This document shows positions 55,714 to 64,000 of a DNA stretch of 64,000 nt, one piece after another. Origin of the DNA: Hormiphora californensis (lineage: Eukaryota; Animalia; Ctenophora); contig CM035360.1 of NCBI GenBank assembly GCA_020137815.1, forward strand, positions 2,728,001 to 2,792,000. Direction: 5' to 3'. Each line of letters opens with the position of its first letter. Position 1 is the stretch's first letter. Both the position numbers and the translations under genes were made by a program. The notes beneath the pieces were generated by a model that worked only from the letters and a program-made list of their open reading frames with translations, made no database searches and was not told the DNA's origin.

Positions 55714-56179
55714 CCCTTGCAAAGATACAAACTTCAAATAGTAAAATGAAACAAACATTGGATGCCCTTGTGATACAAGGTCGAGTAAGGCTAGAAATGT
55801 TCAGGTCTGCACCGCGTTCTGACGAATCACAGCTCGAATCACAGGTCAAAGGTGATTGGAAAGAGACTTCTTTAACTTGTGTATTATCATTATAACGTAC
55901 TCTAACGAATGTGACCCATTGTTATTACTCAACAAGACCGCAGCAAGAGGACAATCAACCGTGCTAGAAAACTGAGAGCAGTAGCGCAAGGTGTATTTCT
56001 TTTTGATTTTGATAAATAATATAATTGTTTACCGAATACGTTGTTCAAATTGCTTAAGAGTCAAGGCTAATTTGGTAAGTGCAGCAGGGAAAACTGGGAT
56101 AACTTGGATCAGTACGGGGGAAAATGGAACCATTTTTGGGTGAACAGAAAGATGTTATTTTGACAAGTCACTGAACCAG

Positions 56180-57292
56180 TTACTCGTACCTGTGGGTATC
56201 ATAGTAGGACGGTCGTGATCCTCTGACAGGGTGTACCAAATCCATGTGTGCTATCAGATAGGACTCAGATCGAAACGTCATACCACACTCATTGCACGTC
56301 TGGTGCCTGGAAAGTTGGGATAATTATTATAGGAAAACCTAAATATTCTTAGAGAATTCTTGGTGCCCTACAATCTATAGATTCACTTATGACTGCAGCT
56401 CTCCACCAATAATACCAAGATAATGTCAACCCATACTGCAGCAATATGTCAACCCAACGGCAATATTATCCAGAGTGCTCCTACAATTTATATTCTCACA
56501 ACTATATTACCGTTACCCCACCTCACTAACCATGACCAACAATCCCTACAGCTGTACTGGCCCACCTTGTATTTACCTGTTCTTCTCGTGTTGCCGTTGA
56601 TGTCGTTTGAGTGTCATGCGCCATCTAAATACTCGTCCACACTCCCCACATTGGAACTCAGCTGGTCCTGCGAACAAGAATATTAGGGAGCTTACACAGG
56701 ACCTGTCTGGCGCCGTGACCCATCTGAGCATCAAATGGGGTATGGCGCCGCCATACAGCACAGGACTATGATGGTGCTTTATACTGAGTTCAATAATTTC
56801 TATTATGATTTATAAATCACAATGAAAATTTCAGTTCCTAAAAGTAAATATGATCCTTGCCAGTAAGTTCGGCGGAATTATCCTAAGAATAATTTCCTTG
56901 CTTGGCGTGTGAGAAATGCTTACACAACAAGCATGGCAAGGATAATGTATCCTTTGAACTGATATGACAAGGATTGATTTTAAGTAACTATCGATCCAAC
57001 GATACATTCCTCTGTTTTGACGTTGTTGCACTCATATACGATATATGAAATCTACAACTGCGGCTTCACGCATTGTTATAGGATTTTTAAGGCTTTAAGG
57101 AGTTTTCCCTTTCTTCTCTGTACCCTATAGTATGTACCCCAAAAAGTATTATCAAACTATACCTTTTGAAACAGCCTGGACATGCCTCTTCTCTGGTCGT
57201 TTGTGACTTGTAAAGTGCCTTCTTAGCCGGGTTATATCAGGAAAAGACCGTGCACAGAGCTCACAGGTTAACGTCACCTCTCTATCCGACAT
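56180..57292 (-). CDS. Small C2H2 zinc-finger protein (3 fingers, one per exon); 3' end uncertain
   Basis: Minus-strand exons 57292-57163 (MSDREVTLTCELCARSFPDITRLRRHFTSH), 56667-56577 (FQCGECGRVFRWRMTLKRHQRQH) and 56306-56190 (CNECGMTFRSESYLIAHMDLVH), with compatible phases 1 and 2. It either reads through to TAA at 56182-56180 or splices further. Confidence 0.8.
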
Positions 57293-57505
57293 ACTGCAGA
57301 AATAATTATACAATAGCTGATGTATTATCCATCGTACATTCGCAAACGTGTTCCTTTTAGGCGTATAATTATAAAGCTTGGCTGAAAATACGTCAGTTTC
57401 TCACACCTTTTAATGAATTATTCACACTATGATGGTGTGAGCCATTTCAAGTGTTTCAAATTTCATTGCATTGAATACTTGTGACCGTGTGTTTTTTGTT
57501 TAAGA

Positions 57506-59255
57506 ATGAATCCTGAAAACATCAGTTCGCTGGAGGAGATAAGAAAGCTCTTGTACTATAACAAAAGTTGGAGGCTGGTGGTGTCAGTATTGTGTCTGGT
57601 GTCATGGTTCCTACTACATGCTACAACTATCTACTATCCCGCCATGACAGGTTTGTGAAAGAGACATCGATATGCTCCGCAGTACGCATAATCCGGTTTG
57701 TGGGGAAGTGGCGTTCGTGATGCCTAACAATCGTGCGAGGAGAAAGTTATGTAGATTGCAAATCAAACTGGGTTCTCAAAGACCCAGTAAAACACACAAA
57801 CAATTATACTTCTCATCTATTTCAGGGCGTCTACCAAACGATTGGGAATGCTTGTCTTCCGAGTGCCGCATGATGAATGGAGAGAACAGCTCAATCCTTC
57901 TACCGTGTACTAAGAACTTAAAACCGGGGATAGACTTTATATGGATCAATCCTGACAACAAATCATCGTTTGTAGTGGACCTAGACATTGTTTGCTCTCC
58001 GGTCAAAACTGGATTCATTTCCTCCGTGTTCTTCCTCGGTGCCCTGGTAGGTCTTCTGGTGAACAGTTGTATAGTGGACTCTATTGGCAGAAAAACAACA
58101 CTAATCGGCTGGGCTTGCTTGATGATCATAGCATGTTTCCTCCTTCTCATAGCCCCCAAGTTCTACTACTTGTTGTTGGGTGTTAGAGTGGTCCAAGGAG
58201 CGGCCATAGTCTCACTTGAAGGTGCACTGTATGTGTGGCTGTTAGAGGCATTCCCAACAGAAAAACGCAATATTGCAAACGGTATTGTCCAAGCCTATAT
58301 TGCCATCTCAACGGTACTCTTCGCTGGCTTAGCATTTGTGGTTTCGGATTGGACTCACTTCTCGTTGATAATAGCTCTTACTTGCGGATTACTCCTTCTA
58401 CCGACAATCGCCTTACCTGAATCACCCCAGTTTTATGCACTAAATCATGACGAAACGAACGCTAAAATAGCTCTTTTGAGGCTGCTGAAACTAAACGACT
58501 CGGACATTGGTTGCCTTGAAGAATTTTCACTGGAACATAAAGAAGGGTCAGACCAAGATGCGTCAAGTGGTTGGAACAAAGTGATGGTCTGGGAACTAGC
58601 TGGTCTCACTTTTCTGTGGATTTCAATTGCCATGAGTTACCATGGCCTCAATTTCGGTTGGGTTGATCTCCTTCCCAACCCCTATATTGGTTACACAGTG
58701 AACGGATTTGTAGAGCTCCTAAGCAGTTTTATCTGGGCAGGTATAGCCTCCTGGATGGGTAGGAGAAGTGGAATGACAATGAGTTTCGTCTTTTCATCAC
58801 TTTTCATTTTTATCGCCCTGGTCCGAACTCCTATCGTCAGAGACTGGACAGTTGGTAACTTTTCTCTGGTGCTAGGCAAGTTAGCTGTGGATGTGGCATA
58901 TAATGGAATCTTTCTAAGGACAGCAGAAATTATGCCTGCATCACACCTTGGATTCGGCTACAATTTTGCCGTCTCCTTCTCCAAATTTGCTGCGTTTGTA
59001 GCCTCCATGTTCTTCACAGTCTTGGCTCGGGAGCACGGGGAGGCAATACCATTGATTGTGGTTGGAGTTCTACAGGTGCTCGGGGGTATAGTGTCTTATT
59101 GTCTTGTGGAAACTAAGGATCGGAGCAGGGCAATGACAGGACAGGATGTGAAAGAGAGATGGAAGAAACACAGACTGCTTCCTTCAAACCGATGGTTTAC
59201 TACTACAGCTAAATTATATGAAATTACGCCTGAATATGAAAATACGCCTGAATGA
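57506..59255 (+). CDS. SLC22-like (organic cation transporter family) MFS transporter, 2 coding exons
   Basis: Exon 57506-57650 (TM1) joins in phase 1 to 57826-59255. Motifs: SSFVVDLDIVC, DSIGRK, EAFPTEKR, LPESP, MGRR, AEIMP, LVETK. The first ~51 aa of the track ORF at 57672 are intronic. Confidence 0.88.
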
Positions 59256-59765
59256 TCGGCGAAAAAAGGTTGATGTGTTGGTTTGTACCATTTATAAAAA
59301 AACAGAAGACTGCCTATAAGAGAGAAATCATAATGACACAAAAAATGGATGAATCCTAAAAGCAGTCCATCGAACTTTACAATTTGTTAACAAGAACAAC
59401 TGTAAGAACAGATTGAAGCACCGTTTCCTTACCCCACATTATAATGACACATCCATCTCTCTCTCTTTGCGGAAAAAAATGAAGAGAGAGGAGGGAGCAG
59501 AGAGGAGAGAGAGAAAGAGAGAGGGAGAGAAGGAAAAAGAGAGAGAGAGAAAGAAAGAGGGTAGTAAGAGAGCGAGAGAGATGAGAGTAGAGAAGAGAGA
59601 GGAGAAGAGAGAGAGAGACGAGAGAGAGTGAGAGATAGAGTGAGAGAGATAGAGAGGAGTAGAAGAAGAGAGGAGAGAGCGAGAGAGTAGAGAGACATTG
59701 ATCATATAGATATATCTCATATCTATATACTCTCTATACTTCTCTATCTCTAGAATCTCTCTACT

Positions 59766-59914
<149 letters not shown>

Positions 59915-60730
59915 TCACCCTCTGTCTCCCTCTCAGTAGCTCATCAACAATACCGCACGGAAAGCTGTGTGGCGGATTTGTAATCCGATTGCTCCTTACG
60001 GCGGCCTCAGTAAAGTGACATCGACCCATGTAACAACTCCAACCCCCTCAGCTCTCCGCTGAGAGGATTCTAAGAGGAGCTATCAGCCGATCTCACAGAG
60101 AAGATTCGCATTAGAATCCCTCTCTTTCCTTCTATCTCACTGTCCGTGTCTTCTCATCGGATCAGAGCTTCTCTATAACAACTTAGCTGGCTCATTGCCC
60201 TCACCGAGCCGGGGGGGGGGGGGGGGTATCCAGCGAATATATCCTTGAATCAGCCATCAGGAGTTAATATGAAGTTCTAGTATGCCAGAGGGGGGTATAT
60301 GACTTATATATCCCGTGCATAAATCGCACGTGAAGTCGAAAAACCAGATTTCTTGGAATTGGGGATTGGGTATTGTTTTCAATCTTACGTATCCTACGGA
60401 AAGTGTGCATTTATACAGCTAGCGTCCACCACATCGTTCGGAGACCATGACCACCCGCCAAGGTTTCCTTACTTAGGTCTAGGGACGGAGAAAGGGAATT
60501 TGGTAAATAACCCATCCCTGAATCTCTCACTGACTAATGTTTTAACTTTTATTCCTACTAAATCCCTCCAGCAGCATAGCAGGAGAGTAGTTTTACTTTG
60601 AAGTGATCCTGGGAAGATAAATCACACTGATTCAATCACTACCGTTGTTTGTGACAATTACCTAGCGGACCTGGTCGTAGTGATTTATGCAGTATCCGCG
60701 TTGAATATATTCCAGATCCCTGCAGCAGAA

Positions 60731-61743
60731 ATGATAGGTTGTTTGCTTGTGCTTGTCCTCTTTACTGCAGCGTCCCAACAAGAGACAAGGATTGAAGATA
60801 TTGTAGAGGAGCACCAGGAGCCTGCAAAAACAAGAGGTAGGATTTATCTCTCTATCTCTCTATCTCTCTATCTCTCTATCCCTCTATCTCTCTATCTCTC
60901 TATCTCTCCATCTCTCCATCTCTCTATCTATATCTCTATCTCTATCTCTATCTCTATCTCTATCTCTATCTCTATCTCTATCTCTATCTCTATCTCTATC
61001 TCTATCTCTATCTCTATCTCTATCTCTCTATCTCTCTATCTCAGGCTGTCTGCCCAATAACACTGCCCGCTGTCCCTTCAATGGAATTATCAGTGGAGAC
61101 GGCTGGTATCTGTCTTGCAATGACAGGTAAGTGTTAATTAATTTTTGTAATTAATAATTAACTAATTGTCACAACTTTTTTTCAATCGATCTGCCATTTT
61201 GATCAGCGATTTAGCACCATCATGTCACAGTATGGACACACTGATTGTGGTCTGAGAACCCCTAGCTCAAAAGGGCTTTTCTGAATTAGCTGTGTTATAC
61301 GAATCCATGTTTTGGTACATAAGCCAATCAGAGTCCTGTATTTCGAAATGCTGGCTGGTTCGCACCGATGAAATAGAAAGCTACATTTCCGGTTGTATTT
61401 GATTCATATTCTAAAGCTGATTCAGAAAAGCTCCGTCGAGGTAGGAGTTTTCCATACCACAGTCAGTCACTAATAACTAATGGACACAAAATATTGTAAA
61501 ATGTTTTATCATATTTCTATCAAGTATCATAAGGTCTACCAAACACCGAACCCTCGCTGAAATAAAATGTGACCGACACAAAGCACATATCATACTTCGT
61601 TTTGCAGGTGTAAGTGTGAGGGCAAGAAAAGCGGAGTTTGTCATGTCTGGATTGATTACCGGTGTGAAAGTGGAAGGGCGTGGCAGTGTCTTTGCAGTGG
61701 GACCTCACCCACTGAAGTGCCATGGTTTTGTCAGAATTGTTGA
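60731..61743 (+). CDS. Secreted macin-family (hydramacin/theromacin-like) cysteine-rich peptide precursor, 107 aa
   Basis: Exons 60731-60836, 61045-61126, 61608-61743 (phases 1 and 2, canonical GT-AG, 324 nt in total). Translation: MIGCLLVLVLFTAASQQETRIEDIVEEHQEPAKTR-GCLPNNTARCPFNGIISGDGWYLSCNDRCKCEGKKSGVCHVWIDYRCESGRAWQCLCSGTSPTEVPWFCQNC*. Cys spacing and SCNDRCK / AWxCxC match hydramacin-1 as recalled. Confidence 0.85.
61240..61468. mobile_element. Degenerate MITE in intron 2 of the macin-like gene
   Basis: Imperfect inverted ends actgattgtggt...gcttttctgaattagct versus agctgattcagaaaagc...accacagtcagt. Internal agccaatcagagtcctgtatttc resembles the hAT MITE core agccaatcagggaccagtatttc. 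Confidence 0.55.
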
Positions 61744-61939
61744 TGGTTTTACTTGAACCCAAAAAATGTTATCAGTGTTTTAATGGCCAACAAATTGATA
61801 TTATTATACCCTAATTTACAAATCACAGTCAGAGAGATTGTTACAGTCATATTATGTTCACAATATTTGTCCCTTTGTCAGTTCGTCTGTTGTTACAATC
61901 TCGTTACCAAATAAGGCGTTGTTCGTTACCAAATAAGGA

Positions 61940-64000
61940 TTAGAACTTCTTGAGAAAAGATACCGGAATCCACCCCTCTCTGCCTCCAATAACCCCAAAC
62001 CACCACTCAGGATTACTTGTCTGATCAGTGATCAGGACAATCTGAAACATAATATAGTTGGTTACCATAGCAACTTGGTGTTTTTAACAGCACATCCAAA
62101 CGAATATGACATCGTAGGGTTTTTCGATTTTCCCACGGCCATAGCTCCATTGGAGTTATGACCGTCTGAAATCTGGTCACGCAAGGTTCACAATTATTTT
62201 GGCTTAGTACTGCAGATCTGATGAACCCTATAGAGACTCACCTCTCCCTTCCACACCCAGGACGTGTCCCCACCCCGGCACCGGGGCACCCCATCTTACC
62301 TCTCCCTTTTTAGCAGCCAACTCCTGCTCACTCTCGGCAGTATAGTTGGCGATCACTTTGAACTTCTCGGGATCCTTTATAGCACTCTTATCGAGGAGAA
62401 ACGCAGAGGGGAACCAACCCTATGGAGAGAAATACTATTGAGGAAATATATTTCGAAACAAACCCCGACAGGTTCCGAGCCTTTTATGTAATTTTATTTG
62501 TGTTCTCATGTCTGATATGGATATATTTATTCATGATATTGGACACCAAAACTGTCCAGCACGCACCAGACCGGAGAACCGTTCTTGCAGGTTTAATAAA
62601 AAAAGGGTCGACAGACAGCACCGGGGGTGAGCATCTAAATGAATTATAACTTCATATATCAATGTCAGTACCTGCCAGACAGCACCTAAATGAATTCAGT
62701 ACCTGTTTTATTGGACACCCACACAAAAAGTCCTACTGTACCTGTTTTCCACCGGAGAACACGTACCACCACTCCTCGTTTGCTTTGTTTGATACCACCA
62801 CCTCGTCTCCCTTACTTAGTGTTATCTGGCCTACACCATTAGCTGCAGGGAGGGGGGACAGTGGATCAGCGGGGACGGGGTCAGGGGGTAGCGGAGGGAG
62901 GGGGTCAGCAGGGAGGGGGTGAGGTCAGCAGCGGGGAGGGAGGTCAGCAGGGAGGGAGGTCAGCGGGGAGGGGGGACAGTGGATCATGATCTGATCGATC
63001 AGCGGAGAGGGGTCAAGGGGGGGGGGGTCAGCATGGGGAGGGGGTCAGCAGGGAGGGGGGTCAGGGGGTAGTGGGAGAGGGGTTCATCGTCTTTTCATCT
63101 TGTCCAGCTGGAAAGAAGAACTAAACTGATCTCTGTCAAGATTATATTTGAACAAAGTTTACTGTTTACGTACCAGTGTAGTCTTCTTGTACTACCATGT
63201 CATCTCCCTCAGGAACAGCGGTGGGGATATTTGCAGCATCTGGAGAAAATAAATACCTCTTAGTACCTCTTATAGTAAGATAGAACCTCTGTTGGTTATA
63301 GTAGGAATAACGATATAATATGTTATGAACCAACCAGCCAACAAAAGATATCTTGTTCAATTTTCAAGAGTATTGAAAATGTCACTAACGTTAAAAAGAC
63401 TTGTATATTAAATACCGATACTAAGTATTGCACTCTATTTTAACCCACTTGGTGCCCGGGCGGTCCTCATGCTACGACGAGCCCTCCTAGTTGAGATTCT
63501 CTTGTGGTTATTAGACCGATTGGGGGGAGCCATCTCCTCAACCTTAGCCACAGTCTCCGCTGAGATCTCAGGTGGATTTAGTTCCAGATCCTCCATGAGA
63601 AGATTTCCCTCCACCTGTGTGTTAGGATAATTATTATGTGGCAGTGATTCAGTCCGTGATGTATTAGGAAAATTAACTGTGACCTAATGTGTCCGTGATT
63701 TCCATGGTAGGTATGTATAAAAAATAAACATAAATATGTCCTACCCTGTGCTTTGCAAAGTTTTGTAGACTCGCACCCCAGCGGTACTGCGAAGCGTAAT
63801 ACTTGCCATGGTTATTCTAAGATATCTATAGGTGTGCCAATATTCATCTATAGAGTGACACTTCACATATATAATTACCCATAATTAAACATAATTAAAC
63901 ATAATTACCCGGATGAGGTATTGGGCAGGTCCGAACCCTGATTTCCCGTTGACTGCTACCTTCCACCACCCATCACTATGCTTCAATATCCCCTTGGCAA
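61940..64000 (-). CDS. Multi-SH3 adaptor protein, 3' exons (3 SH3 domains visible; possibly SH3PXD2/NCF1-like)
   Basis: Minus-strand exons >64000-63909 (DGWWKVAVNGKSGFGPAQYL), 63816-63745, 63614-63449, 63239-63174, 62842-62742 (ITLSKGDEVVV...EEWWYV), 62419-62300 (GWFPSAFL...VIANYTAESEQEL) and 62041-61940 (PEWWFGVIGGREGWIPVSFLKKF*). All phases are compatible. Confidence 0.88.

Noticed and set aside
56668-56790. 28-nt micro-intron (gtaagc...ttcgcag, minus strand) in the zinc-finger gene
   Set aside because: Splicing at that donor creates TGA at the junction; the acceptor is better paired with the phase-1 donor at 57163.

Overview
Eukaryotic, intron-rich animal genomic DNA with many (CT/GA)n microsatellites. 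The dispersed 'QPIRTRYLGHVTGYQPIRDQYF' repeat and the gene style suggest a ctenophore such as Pleurobrachia; this is inferred from recall, not from a search. Seven genes were reconstructed by hand from GT-AG junctions: the 3' part of RSPH10B (+), a 20-exon HGSNAT (+) with an extra N-terminal lumenal segment, beta-TrCP (+, middle exons lost in a homopolymer-garbled artefact at 40.4-43.8 kb), an intronless 7TM receptor (+), a small three-finger C2H2 gene (-) head-to-head with an SLC22-like transporter (+), and the 3' part of a multi-SH3 adaptor (-). An eighth, three-exon gene (60731-61743) that the ORF track misses encodes a secreted hydramacin/theromacin-like (macin) Cys-rich peptide. Mobile DNA comprises a near full-length L2/CR1-group LINE, a Penelope relic, two near-perfect fold-back elements of about 1-1.3 kb (Chapaev-like and Kolobok-like ends), hAT-, Academ- and Tc1-like MITEs, and a poly-G-ended TIR element with a 6-bp TSD. 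Recurring unexplained patterns are MITEs and tandem duplications placed at splice junctions, and unpaired 3' splice acceptors just before start codons, consistent with SL trans-splicing.
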